A DNA stretch of 64,000 bases from positions 5,156 through 69,155 of the forward strand of contig DATGOL010000029.1 in the NCBI GenBank assembly GCA_035306065.1, given 5' to 3'. This document shows positions 17,041 through 26,598 of the stretch, one piece after another (position 1 is the stretch's first letter; each line of letters opens with the position of its first letter). A program made the translations under genes and the position numbers. The notes beneath the pieces were generated by a model. It ran no database searches. It had not been told where the DNA came from and worked only from the letters and a program-made list of their open reading frames with translations. Source of the DNA: Gemmatimonadales bacterium. GTDB lineage: Bacteria > Gemmatimonadota > Gemmatimonadetes > Gemmatimonadales > Gemmatimonadaceae.

Positions 17041-17690
17041 GGATTCTCCTTGCCACGGCAGACGCCGAGGAGCTGAACTGGGCCGCACAGCGACAGTGGC
17101 TGGATGGCGTCTTCTTCACGCCACCGCTGATCGCCCGGGAGAACTCCGAAGCCGAGGTGGCGGCCCTGCTGGCAGAAGCATCCCGCATATCCGGCGGCCA
17201 GGTGTACGTTGCCGCGCGCTCGGTGCACGAAGAGCAGATCCACCAGGAAGCGCGAGAGCTGGCTCGCAGCGCGGAGCAGACGCTCATTGTAATCCCCTTT
17301 CTGGAAGACCTGATCCCTCTCATGGTTCGCCTGGGGTCCGAGGGCATTCGGGTTGCCGCCAGCTTCGTACACAACGGAGCCCAGGCACTGCTGGCGGCAA
17401 AGGCGGGCGCCTCCGCCGTAATAGTCCCATTTGCTGATCACGACCGCTTCGGCCACTCGGGCTATGAGGTGCTGGCCGACGTCCGTACGGTGCTGGACGC
17501 CTCCCGGCTGGAGTGCGACGTAGTTGCCGTGGGCCTCAGGGTGGCCTCTGACGTCGTTCGCTGCGCGAGTACGGGTGCAGACGCTCTGATCCTGGAGCCG
17601 GCGGTGCTCCGCGCCTTCCTGCAGCATCCGCTCACTGATCGCGGCTTCGACAGCTACCTCGCGGAACTGTCTCGGCTCACAGGTCCGTGA
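17037..17690 (+). CDS. transaldolase / fructose-6-phosphate aldolase-like protein (small class 3B fold), probably catalytically inactive
   Basis: 217 aa. Collinear with small transaldolases (GAQALLAAKAGASAVIVPF, LQHPLTDRGFDSYLAEL), but the Schiff-base Lys strand reads LIVIPF instead of V-K-I-P. The N-terminal D-T-A-N and T-T-N-P-S motifs read ATAD and FFTPP. ATGA overlap with the truA stop. Confidence 0.7.
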   Translation: MRILLATADAEELNWAAQRQWLDGVFFTPPLIARENSEAEVAALLAEASRISGGQVYVAARSVHEEQIHQEARELARSAEQTLIVIPFLEDLIPLMVRLGSEGIRVAASFVHNGAQALLAAKAGASAVIVPFADHDRFGHSGYEVLADVRTVLDASRLECDVVAVGLRVASDVVRCASTGADALILEPAVLRAFLQHPLTDRGFDSYLAELSRLTGP

Positions 17691-17799
17691 ACCGGGCGAA
17701 CCCAACGGATGCGGCCTCGCTACTTTTAGCTCAGGGACCTCGGATGGCATTTTCAGGAGCGAGGCCAGGAGCCACAGCAATGCACCCAGAACCATTGAA

Positions 17800-19245
17800 A
17801 TGACCCACTCGCCGGACAGCTATTCCTCACCGCTCGCGGAACGTTATGCCTCGAGGGCCATGCTCGAGCTCTGGTCGCCGCGGCACCGCTACGGATTGTG
17901 GCGTCGACTGTGGCTCGCACTGGCCGAGTCGCAGCGTGAACTCGGGATAGACATTCCGGCTGAGGCGATCGCGCAGATGCGCGCGCACGTGGACGACATC
18001 GACTTCGATGCGGTGGCGGCCTACGAGCGCCGGTTCCGTCACGACGTGATGGCGCACGTGCACGCTTACGGCGACGTTGCGCCCGCCGCACGCCCCTTCA
18101 TTCACCTGGGCGCCACCAGCGCCTTCGTGACCGACAATGCGGACCTCATCCTCATGCGACGAGGGATGGAGCTGCTGCACGGGAAGGTTGTGTCATCGCT
18201 TCGGGCAATGGCCGAGTTTGCACGGAAGTGGAAAGATGAACCCGCGCTCGGCTACACGCACATTCAGCCTGCACAGCTCACTACTGTGGGCAAGCGCGCC
18301 ACCCTCTGGATGCAGGACCTCGTGGTGGATGCCGCAGATCTGGAGCACAGGATTGCGACACTTCCGTTTCGTGGCGTGAAGGGAACCACCGGAACACAGG
18401 CAAGCTTCCTCCAGCTGTTCAACGGGGATCACGCGCGAGTGCGAGAGCTGGACAAGCGTGTGGCCGCAGAGATGAACTTTGCGCACATCATTCCCGTTTC
18501 AGGGCAGACGTATACGCGAAAGCTGGACGCACAGATCCTGGGTGTGGTTGCAGGTATTGCCGCGAGCGCCTCGAAGGTGAGCGGAGACGTGAGGCTGCTG
18601 CAGTCGTTCGGCGAGATCGAAGAGCCGTTCGAACGCGAGCAGATCGGGTCATCGGCAATGGCGTACAAGCGGAATCCAATGCGCTCGGAGCGCATTGCGG
18701 CACTTGCCCGGTTCGTGTTGTCGCTGGAGCCGAATGCGAACCAGACGCACGCGGTGCAGTACTTTGAGCGCACACTGGATGACAGCGCCAACCGTCGCCT
18801 GGTGATTCCCGAATCGTTCCTTGCTACAGATGCCATTCTAATCCTGCTTGCCAACGTGATGGGCGGCCTGGAGGTTCATCCTGCACGTATTCGCACGCGA
18901 CTGGCAGACGAACTTCCGTTCATGGCAACTGAAGACCTTATCGTGAGGGCCGTGCAGGCTGGCGGCGATCGTCAGGCCATTCACGAAGTCATCCGCCGGC
19001 ACAGTATCGCTGCAGCCCGCGCCATGAAGGACGAAGGCCGCAGGAACGACATGCTCGAGCGGCTGGCAGAAGACCCGGAATATCCCGTGCCGGTTGAAGA
19101 CCTCCGGAACGCTCTGGATCCGGTGCGTTTCATCGGTCGCGCTTCCGAGCAGGTGGATGAGTTCCTGGAGGAGGTAATCGAGCCGCTGCTTGCGCGAGGC
19201 GCATCTATTTCCAGCGCGCCGGCTGCAGAGGAAATCAGGGTATGA
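17800..19245 (+). CDS. purB: adenylosuccinate lyase
   Basis: 481 aa. Contains SPLAERYAS, the fumarate-lyase signature [15 protein letters not shown], and TQASFL. Confidence 0.95.
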   Translation: MTHSPDSYSSPLAERYASRAMLELWSPRHRYGLWRRLWLALAESQRELGIDIPAEAIAQMRAHVDDIDFDAVAAYERRFRHDVMAHVHAYGDVAPAARPFIHLGATSAFVTDNADLILMRRGMELLHGKVVSSLRAMAEFARKWKDEPALGYTHIQPAQLTTVGKRATLWMQDLVVDAADLEHRIATLPFRGVKGTTGTQASFLQLFNGDHARVRELDKRVAAEMNFAHIIPVSGQTYTRKLDAQILGVVAGIAASASKVSGDVRLLQSFGEIEEPFEREQIGSSAMAYKRNPMRSERIAALARFVLSLEPNANQTHAVQYFERTLDDSANRRLVIPESFLATDAILILLANVMGGLEVHPARIRTRLADELPFMATEDLIVRAVQAGGDRQAIHEVIRRHSIAAARAMKDEGRRNDMLERLAEDPEYPVPVEDLRNALDPVRFIGRASEQVDEFLEEVIEPLLARGASISSAPAAEEIRV

Positions 19246-20165
19246 CGGCTCTCGCCAGTTCGTTCCTTCCGCTGCGCCTGCTGTTCCGCGGGAAGGTGCG
19301 TGACGTGTACGAGGTGGACGAGTCGCGTCTGCTGCTCGTGGCGTCGGACCGGGTGAGTGCGTTCGATGTGGTGATGGCTGAGGCAGTGCCATTCAAGGGT
19401 GCGGTGCTCACGCAGCTTACGGCATGGTGGCTGGGGCAGCTGGAGTCGATAGTGCCTAACCACCTCATCAGTGCGGATGCAGACACGATCGCTCGTGAGG
19501 TGCCGGACCTGGACGTGCATCGCGACACTCTTCGCGGGCGCGCGATGCTCTGCAGGCGCACGCAGGTGATACCGGTGGAGTGCGTTATACGAGGCTATCT
19601 CTCGGGCTCAGCATGGAAGGAGTACAGCAAGTCCGGAACGCTTGCGGGTGAGGTGCTGCCCGCAGGACTGCGCGAAAGCGATCGACTTGATCCACCCATT
19701 TTCAGCCCGGCAACGAAGGCCACGAGCGGCCATGACGAGAACATCACTGTCTCTCGCATGCGCGAGATAGTGGGAAGCGATGTCACGGACCAGCTCGAGC
19801 AGCACACGCGAAACATTTACGAGGCGGGGCGCGAGATCGCGCTTTCGCGAGGGATCATTATCGCCGATACGAAGTTCGAGTTCGGCCGAATTGGCGAACA
19901 GGTGCTCCTGATTGATGAAGTGCTAACTCCGGACAGTTCGCGATTCTGGCCGGCCGACCAGTTTGCCCCGGGCCGGTCGCAGCCGAGCTTTGACAAGCAG
20001 CCACTGCGTGACTGGCTGGCGGTGGAACGTGATGCAGGACGCTGGAACGGGGACGCACCCGCGCCGGCGATACCACGAGAGGTGATAAACGCCATGTCCG
20101 AAAGATACCTGGATGCCTATCGCCGCCTGACGGGCGAGACACTGGGCACGGCGGAGCTCACGTGA
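19242..20165 (+). CDS. purC: phosphoribosylaminoimidazole-succinocarboxamide synthase
   Basis: [14 protein letters not shown]...[16 protein letters not shown]...[10 protein letters not shown]...[16 protein letters not shown] overlap with the purB stop. Confidence 0.93.
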   Translation: MTALASSFLPLRLLFRGKVRDVYEVDESRLLLVASDRVSAFDVVMAEAVPFKGAVLTQLTAWWLGQLESIVPNHLISADADTIAREVPDLDVHRDTLRGRAMLCRRTQVIPVECVIRGYLSGSAWKEYSKSGTLAGEVLPAGLRESDRLDPPIFSPATKATSGHDENITVSRMREIVGSDVTDQLEQHTRNIYEAGREIALSRGIIIADTKFEFGRIGEQVLLIDEVLTPDSSRFWPADQFAPGRSQPSFDKQPLRDWLAVERDAGRWNGDAPAPAIPREVINAMSERYLDAYRRLTGETLGTAELT

Positions 20166-20815
20166 GGTTCGCACGCGAAGGCTACCCATTCATTGCACTG
20201 GGCGCTCTGCTGGCAATAGCCGCCGTGGCATTCGCCGCCTCTCGCGGCTCCGTTCTTTCCTGGCTGGCTGCACTTCTCTTCGTGATACTCGCCGTTTGGG
20301 TGGCGTACTTCTTCCGTGATCCCGAACGCACCGGCGAGCGCGGCGACAGCCTGGTGGTTTCGCCCGCCGACGGCCGCATCGTCATGATCACCGAGGTGGA
20401 TGAACCTGCCTTCCTCAAGGGCCGCGCCCTGCGCGTTTCCGTGTTCATGAACGTGTTCAACGTTCACGTGAACCGCTATCCGGTTGGCGGTACCGTTCGA
20501 TACGTACAGTACAACGCGGGCAGGTTTTTCAATGCGGCTGCCGACAAGGCAAGCCTCGAGAACGAGCAGTCCTCGGTTGGCATAGAGAGCGGGCGTGCGC
20601 AGGTACTCGTGCGGCAGATAGCCGGGCTCGTTGCCCGTCGCATCGTCACCTATTCCAAGGTGGGCGACGTGGTAACGCAGGGTGACCGTATGGGCCTCAT
20701 TCGATTCGGCTCGCGAATGGACGTGTTCGTTCCGGTCGGTTCCATCGTGAAGGTTGCCATCGGGCAGAATGTGGAAGCTGGCGTAACGGTTCTGGCGGAG
20801 CTCTCTGCGTCATGA
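20162..20815 (+). CDS. psd: phosphatidylserine decarboxylase proenzyme (short, membrane-anchored type)
   Basis: 217 aa. N-terminal TM helices are followed by [26 protein letters not shown] and a G-S self-cleavage motif in [17 protein letters not shown] overlap with the purC stop. Confidence 0.85.
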   Translation: MRFAREGYPFIALGALLAIAAVAFAASRGSVLSWLAALLFVILAVWVAYFFRDPERTGERGDSLVVSPADGRIVMITEVDEPAFLKGRALRVSVFMNVFNVHVNRYPVGGTVRYVQYNAGRFFNAAADKASLENEQSSVGIESGRAQVLVRQIAGLVARRIVTYSKVGDVVTQGDRMGLIRFGSRMDVFVPVGSIVKVAIGQNVEAGVTVLAELSAS

Positions 20816-21735
20816 ACGAGCATCGTGACAGACGAGGGGTGCAGCGTGCGGTAGTGGTGCTTCCGAACGGCTTCACCATGGCGAATCTCTTTTTCGGGAT
20901 CTACGCCATCGTGGCCGCCTCCCGGGGAGACTTCACCGAGGCCGGCTGGTATGTAGTGCTCGGTGGCGTTTGTGATGCCTTCGACGGGCGCATAGCACGG
21001 GTTACGCGCAGCGGCAGCAAGTTTGGCGAGGAGCTCGACTCCCTGGTTGACGCCATCACGTTCGGCCTGGCGCCCGGACTGATCATGTACTTCGCCGTGC
21101 TGAATCGCTCCGGCTGGGACTGGATCTGGATATTCCTCTTCTGCGGCGCGGCTGTAATCAGGCTGGCTCGCTTCAATGTGGAACAGGCGGGGAGTTCGAA
21201 AACCCACTTCCGCGGCCTCCCCAGTCCGGCTGCCGGCATGACGCTCGCAACCTACTACTGGTTCAGCCAGACGGAGCTCTACCAGCAGACCGCAATCGCC
21301 GACCTTCCCTGGCACGTGATGCTGCGCTTTGTAATGGCGTTCCTCGCGTTCCTCATGATCAGCGACGTGCCCTACCCCGCGGTACCCAAGATCAACTTCC
21401 GCACTTTGCGTGGAATTCTTGGTGCAGTCACCGTGGCTGCGATAATTCTGGCACTGATATTTCTTCCCAAGCAGTTCTTCTTCCCCGTTCTGCTCGGCTA
21501 CGTGGCGTACGGTGCAGGAAGACACTTTCTCATGAGCATGCTCGATCGGGACGCTCGTAATGCGCTTGCAGTGGCAACGGGTGAACCTGAAGCGGCACGT
21601 GCTCGCCAGAGTGGCTCGCACAGAAGGGTTGAGCGGGCCGATGATGAACGACAGCCGCGTCGCAGGCGTCGCAGGCGGAAACCCTCCGGCGGCCAGGACA
21701 CTGTAGACCAACCTTTGGAGGATTCCGGTTCATGA
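20812..21735 (+). CDS. pssA: CDP-diacylglycerol--serine O-phosphatidyltransferase
   Basis: CDP-alcohol phosphatidyltransferase motif CDAFDGRIARVTRSGSKFGEELDSLVDAITFGLAP with multiple TM helices. It sits adjacent to psd with an ATGA overlap. An Arg-rich C-terminal tail is present. Confidence 0.88.
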   Translation: MNEHRDRRGVQRAVVVLPNGFTMANLFFGIYAIVAASRGDFTEAGWYVVLGGVCDAFDGRIARVTRSGSKFGEELDSLVDAITFGLAPGLIMYFAVLNRSGWDWIWIFLFCGAAVIRLARFNVEQAGSSKTHFRGLPSPAAGMTLATYYWFSQTELYQQTAIADLPWHVMLRFVMAFLAFLMISDVPYPAVPKINFRTLRGILGAVTVAAIILALIFLPKQFFFPVLLGYVAYGAGRHFLMSMLDRDARNALAVATGEPEAARARQSGSHRRVERADDERQPRRRRRRRKPSGGQDTVDQPLEDSGS

Positions 21736-21989
21736 CCCGTTATCGCGTCGCCATTCACGTCACTCCTCGCAGCGGCATACTGGATCCGCAGGGGAAGGCG
21801 ATAACCGGCGCGCTTCAGTCACTTGGATTCGCAAACGTGCAGGATGTTCACGTCGGGCGGCATATCATCGTTGAAGTCACCGCCAACTCGCCAGCCGCTG
21901 CGGAAGCTTCCGCGCGCGAGATGTGCGAGAAGCTCCTTGCGAATCCGGTAACCGAAGACTTCGAAATCGCCGCCGTGGAGGCAGCATGA
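21732..21989 (+). CDS. purS: phosphoribosylformylglycinamidine synthase subunit PurS
   Basis: 85 aa. [24 protein letters not shown] is PurS-like. ATGA overlaps on both sides. Confidence 0.9.
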   Translation: MTRYRVAIHVTPRSGILDPQGKAITGALQSLGFANVQDVHVGRHIIVEVTANSPAAAEASAREMCEKLLANPVTEDFEIAAVEAA

Positions 21990-22678
21990 AGTTCGGCATT
22001 GTCACCTTTCCAGGTTCCAACTGCGACTACGACGCTTACCACGCTGTCGCGGATGTACTTGGCGAGACTGCAACCTACCTCTGGCACAAGGATCATGACC
22101 TCCAGGGGTCTGACGTCGTGATTCTTCCGGGCGGTTTTTCCTACGGTGACTATCTCCGCGCCGGAGCGATTGCACGATTCAGCCCGGTGATGAACGAAGT
22201 CATGGAGCACGCCAGGCGCGGTGGCCCGGTGCTGGCCATCTGCAACGGATTCCAGATCGCGTGTGAGGCGGGGCTCCTTCCGGGGGCGCTCATGCGCAAC
22301 GTTGGACTCTCGTTCATATCCGAGTCTGTCGGACTTCGAGTAGAGAATACAGATACCATGTATACGCACCGGTACGAACCCGGTCAGGTTCTGCAGATTC
22401 CGATTGCGCACGGCGAAGGCCGCTTTACTGCAGACAAGGCCACGCTCGACCGGCTGGAGGGAGAAGGTCGCGTTATCTTTCGTTATGTGGACGCGAACGG
22501 CAATCCCACTTCTGCCGGAAACCCGAATGGGTCCATGCGTAACATTGCAGGCATCCTGAACGATGGCGGAAACGTACTCGGCCTGATGCCGCATCCGGAG
22601 CGCGCGGTGGACTCGCTTCTGGGTAGTGAAGATGGACTTCCACTGTTCGAGAGCCTGCTAGCCCGCGTCGCTGCCTGA
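21986..22678 (+). CDS. purQ: phosphoribosylformylglycinamidine synthase I (glutaminase subunit)
   Basis: [19 protein letters not shown]...[16 protein letters not shown]...LAICNGFQI (nucleophile Cys)...MPHPER. ATG 21986 overlaps the purS stop; the track extension was trimmed. Confidence 0.93.
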   Translation: MKFGIVTFPGSNCDYDAYHAVADVLGETATYLWHKDHDLQGSDVVILPGGFSYGDYLRAGAIARFSPVMNEVMEHARRGGPVLAICNGFQIACEAGLLPGALMRNVGLSFISESVGLRVENTDTMYTHRYEPGQVLQIPIAHGEGRFTADKATLDRLEGEGRVIFRYVDANGNPTSAGNPNGSMRNIAGILNDGGNVLGLMPHPERAVDSLLGSEDGLPLFESLLARVAA

Positions 22679-22725
22679 CGTCAGGCCGATGCGCTCACGG
22701 GCGCACCGGTACCTGTCGTGAATTC

Positions 22726-25095
22726 ATGCCGGCACGCCGCAACGTTCTGCGGAGCCGTTTTCTCCATTCCAGCATCTGCAAAGTGTCAGTAAATCCCCGG
22801 CCCGGCGATCCTGAAATCACTCCCGAACTCGTTGCCGAGCATGGCCTCACGCCGTACGAGTACGACCTGCTCCTGAACATGCTCGGGCGCACACCCACGT
22901 TCACTGAACTGGGTGTCGTTTCGGCTCTCTGGAACGAGCACTGCTCCTACAAGCACTCCAGGCCAGTGTTGCGCACCCTCCCCACCGAGGCGCCCTGGGT
23001 GCTTCAGGGACCGGGTGAGAACGCCGGCGTCATTTCCATCGGTGATGGTCTTGCCGTCGCGTTCAAGATCGAGTCGCACAACCACCCTTCGGCGGTGGAG
23101 CCATACCAGGGAGCTGCAACCGGTGTTGGCGGAATCCTGCGCGACGTGTTCACCATGGGCGCAAGACCCATCGCAATGCTCAACTCGTTGCGCTTCGGAT
23201 CGCTGGACAGCGCGCGTGTTCGCTATCTGTTTGCCGGCGTTGTGAAGGGCATTGGCGACTACGGCAACTGTGTGGGAATCCCCACGGTCGCCGGCGATGT
23301 TGCCTTCGATCCCTCGTACGAAGGCAACCCGCTCGTGAACGCGATGTGCATAGGGCTCATGAAGGAGGAAGAGCTCATTCGCGCGCAGGCGTCAGGCGTG
23401 GGTAATCCTGTCTTCGCTGTTGGTGCGCGCACAGGCCGCGATGGTATTCACGGTGCTTCTTTTGCATCGGAAGACCTTACCGAAGAGAGTGAGGCCAAGC
23501 GGCCCCGCGTGCAGGTGGGTGATCCATTCACCGAGAAGCTGCTGCTGGAAGCCAGCCTCGAGCTTATCGGCAGCGGCCACATCGTGGCCATTCAGGATAT
23601 GGGAGCCGCCGGTCTTACGTCTTCGTCGGCGGAGATGGCCGAGCGCGGTGACGTTGGCGTGGTCATAGACACTGCCCGAGTGCCGGTGCGCGAGGAAGGC
23701 ATGACGCCCTACGAGATCCTGCTGAGCGAATCACAGGAGCGCATGCTGGTGGTCGCGAAGAAGGGGCACGAAGACGGAGTGCGTGAAATACTCCAGCGGT
23801 GGGATCTCGTGGCGGAAGTGGTTGGCGAAGTGATTGACGAGCCGGTTTACCGGATAACGGAAGGTGACCGTGTGGTGGCGGAGTTCCCCGGCAACCGCCT
23901 GGTAACCGACTGTCCGATATACCACCCCGAGGCGCGTGAGGCGGCGGAGGTCGCGGAGCTCCGCGCGCAAGATGTACATGCGATTGCAGAGCTTCCCGAA
24001 GAGCGGGACCCGGCCTGGACGCTGGAACGCCTGTTGTCCTCGCCCACCATTGCGAGCAAGCGCTGGGTACACCGTCAATTCGATACGACGGTTCGCACAA
24101 GCACGGTTATCGGCCCCGGAAGCGGAGACGCGGCCGTGCTTCGGATTCGCGGCTCCAGAAAGGGACTTGCTGCAAAGACCGATTGCAACAGCAGGTATGT
24201 ATACCTGGAACCTCGTACAGGCGGCCGTATAGCCGTTGCCGAGGCGGCCCGGAACGTTGCGTGCACCGGTGCACGCCCGCTCGCAATCACCAACTGCCTG
24301 AACTTCGGCAACCCAAAGCGGCCGGAGGTGTTCTGGCAGTTCAAGGAAGCTGTTGCCGGGATTGGCGAAGCCTGCCGTGCACTGAATACGCCGGTAACCG
24401 GTGGCAACGTTTCACTGTACAACGAGAGCCCGCTTGGCGCTGTATACCCAACGCCCGTTATCGGGATGGTTGGGCTGATTGACAACGTGGAGAACGCAGT
24501 AGGATCTGCGTTCGAGCGTGAAGGCGACGCCATTATCCTGCTGGGAGAGTGCACGAACGAGCTTGGTGGGAGCGAGTACCTGGCCAGGGTTCATGGTGTG
24601 GCTGCGGGAGCGCCGCCAGCCTGCGATCTCGATCGTGAGGCAGCACTGGTGAACACGCTCGTTGCCTGCGCTGCAGCAACTGCCCTCTCGTCGGCCCATG
24701 ACTGCAGCGATGGTGGACTGTTCGTTGCGCTTGCCGAGAGTGCAATGGGAAACCGGGACAATCAGTTTGGTATTTCTGTCGCGCTAGACGAGTGGGAGCA
24801 CCTCCCGCTTCGCGCGCTGCTGTTCGGTGAGGCGCAGGGTCGTGCTGTGGTAAGCAGCGCACAGCCGCAGGCAGTGCTCGATGAAGCTGCCCGACACGGC
24901 CTTCCTGCACGCGTAATCGGCACGGTTGTGAAGGCTGCCGATGGCCTGACGGTTCGCGTGGGAGACCAGGTTGTGACTGCCCACACCGAACGCATGGCAG
25001 CTGCTTTCCATGACGCCATTCCGCAGATCATGAATCAGGGCGGAACGGCGGGCCTCGTTGCATCGTCTGACGAATCATCAGCGGGGATTTCCTGA
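22726..25095 (+). CDS. purL: phosphoribosylformylglycinamidine synthase II
   Basis: [26 protein letters not shown]...[25 protein letters not shown]...[16 protein letters not shown]. The start is ambiguous: ATG 22726 or in-frame GTG 22783. Confidence 0.93.
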   Translation: MPARRNVLRSRFLHSSICKVSVNPRPGDPEITPELVAEHGLTPYEYDLLLNMLGRTPTFTELGVVSALWNEHCSYKHSRPVLRTLPTEAPWVLQGPGENAGVISIGDGLAVAFKIESHNHPSAVEPYQGAATGVGGILRDVFTMGARPIAMLNSLRFGSLDSARVRYLFAGVVKGIGDYGNCVGIPTVAGDVAFDPSYEGNPLVNAMCIGLMKEEELIRAQASGVGNPVFAVGARTGRDGIHGASFASEDLTEESEAKRPRVQVGDPFTEKLLLEASLELIGSGHIVAIQDMGAAGLTSSSAEMAERGDVGVVIDTARVPVREEGMTPYEILLSESQERMLVVAKKGHEDGVREILQRWDLVAEVVGEVIDEPVYRITEGDRVVAEFPGNRLVTDCPIYHPEAREAAEVAELRAQDVHAIAELPEERDPAWTLERLLSSPTIASKRWVHRQFDTTVRTSTVIGPGSGDAAVLRIRGSRKGLAAKTDCNSRYVYLEPRTGGRIAVAEAARNVACTGARPLAITNCLNFGNPKRPEVFWQFKEAVAGIGEACRALNTPVTGGNVSLYNESPLGAVYPTPVIGMVGLIDNVENAVGSAFEREGDAIILLGECTNELGGSEYLARVHGVAAGAPPACDLDREAALVNTLVACAAATALSSAHDCSDGGLFVALAESAMGNRDNQFGISVALDEWEHLPLRALLFGEAQGRAVVSSAQPQAVLDEAARHGLPARVIGTVVKAADGLTVRVGDQVVTAHTERMAAAFHDAIPQIMNQGGTAGLVASSDESSAGIS

Positions 25096-25116
25096 CCTTA
25101 CGACTGTACTTTACAC

Positions 25117-26502
25117 ATGTGTGGAATATTCGGCGTTAGCGGGCATCCGGATGCTGCAGCAATCGTGCATCTGGGGCTCTACTCGCTTCAGCACCGGGGG
25201 CAGGAGAGCGCCGGCATTGTTGCGGTAGACAAGGAAACGGGAGCGCGAGCCCTGCGCTCCATGGGGCTGGTGTCCGAGGGTTTCGCGGACACGGAACTGC
25301 AACAGCTCACCGGCACAATCGCAATCGGTCACACCCGCTACAGCACCGCAGGCACCTCGACCATCGGGAATGCCCAGCCGGTGCTGGCTCGTTTCCGGGG
25401 CGGACACATTTCGCTTGCGCATAACGGCAACCTTACCAATGCCGCGGAGCTGCGCGAAAGCCTGGAGAACGACGGGTCCATCTTCTCGAGCACGATGGAT
25501 TCGGAGGTAATCGTCCATCGGCTTGCCAAGTCTGCTCATTCAGATAGTGCAACGGCACTCGCAGAGGCACTGACTGGCGTCGAGGGTGCCTACAGCATCC
25601 TGGTCACCATGGGCGACACGATGATCGCCGCACGAGACCCTCGCGGCTGGCGACCGCTGGCCATGGGTCGCATGGACAACGGAGCGGTGGTGATTGCCTC
25701 CGAGACGTGCGCGCTCGACATAGTGAGTGCAACGTACGAGCGGGATATCGAGCCCGGTGAGATCGTGATCGTTCGGGACGGGCAGGTGACCTCGCGGAGG
25801 TTCGCCGAACCCACGCGTCTGTATCGCTGCGTGTTCGAGTATGTGTATTTTGCGCGCCCCGACAGCCGCATTTTCGGTGCTTCCGTAGACCGCGCCAGGC
25901 GTGCGCTCGGCAGGCGCCTCGCGGTTGAATCCCCCGCCCCCGGCGCAGACCTCGTGTTCGCCGTGCCCGATTCGTCCAATTCTGCCGCGCTCGGTTTTGC
26001 CGACGAGGCCAACCTGCCTTACGAGCTGGCACTTATTCGAAACCACTACATAGGCCGCACATTCATCCAACCCACGCAGGCCGGTCGTGATGCGAAGGTA
26101 CGCGTGAAGTACAATGCGGTGCGCGAGCTGCTCGACGGCAAGAGCGTGGTGATGGTGGATGACTCGATAGTGCGTGGCACCACCACACGCGGGCTGGTAT
26201 CCATGATTCGGGCTGCCGGGGCTCGCGAGGTGCACATGCGGGTTTCGTCGCCGCCTGTAACCGGACCCTGCTATTACGGCATCGACACTCCCACGCGTGA
26301 GGAATTGATAGCGGCGAATATGGACGTGAGCGAGATTGCGAACCACATTGGGGTTGATTCGCTCGCCTACCTGTCGCTCGAAGGAATGCTGGGAGCTGTA
26401 CCGGATGGACCGGACGGATTTTGCCACGCATGCTTTTCAGGGGATTATCCAACGCCGCCGCCTGCTGACCCGAACAAGTTGCGATTTGGCTGCGGCTGCT
26501 GA
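25117..26502 (+). CDS. purF: amidophosphoribosyltransferase
   Basis: MCGIFGV has the N-terminal nucleophile Cys with no propeptide. Also has the Ntn domain (GHTRYSTAG), the PRTase motif VVMVDDSIVRGTT, and C-terminal Cys residues consistent with an Fe-S-type PurF. Confidence 0.95.
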   Translation: MCGIFGVSGHPDAAAIVHLGLYSLQHRGQESAGIVAVDKETGARALRSMGLVSEGFADTELQQLTGTIAIGHTRYSTAGTSTIGNAQPVLARFRGGHISLAHNGNLTNAAELRESLENDGSIFSSTMDSEVIVHRLAKSAHSDSATALAEALTGVEGAYSILVTMGDTMIAARDPRGWRPLAMGRMDNGAVVIASETCALDIVSATYERDIEPGEIVIVRDGQVTSRRFAEPTRLYRCVFEYVYFARPDSRIFGASVDRARRALGRRLAVESPAPGADLVFAVPDSSNSAALGFADEANLPYELALIRNHYIGRTFIQPTQAGRDAKVRVKYNAVRELLDGKSVVMVDDSIVRGTTTRGLVSMIRAAGAREVHMRVSSPPVTGPCYYGIDTPTREELIAANMDVSEIANHIGVDSLAYLSLEGMLGAVPDGPDGFCHACFSGDYPTPPPADPNKLRFGCGC

Positions 26503-26598
26503 ACAGGTAGCCAGGCTGGAGCACCCGTTATTCCGGGGTGCGTAGTTCGGATCAGCGGATATACAATCGAGTGGCCAGCCTCCAACAGGGAGTCGTTG

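Noticed and set aside
20650-21711. 353-aa minus-strand ORF
   Set aside because: It is antisense to psd/pssA, which have diagnostic motifs and 4-nt coupled junctions on the plus strand.
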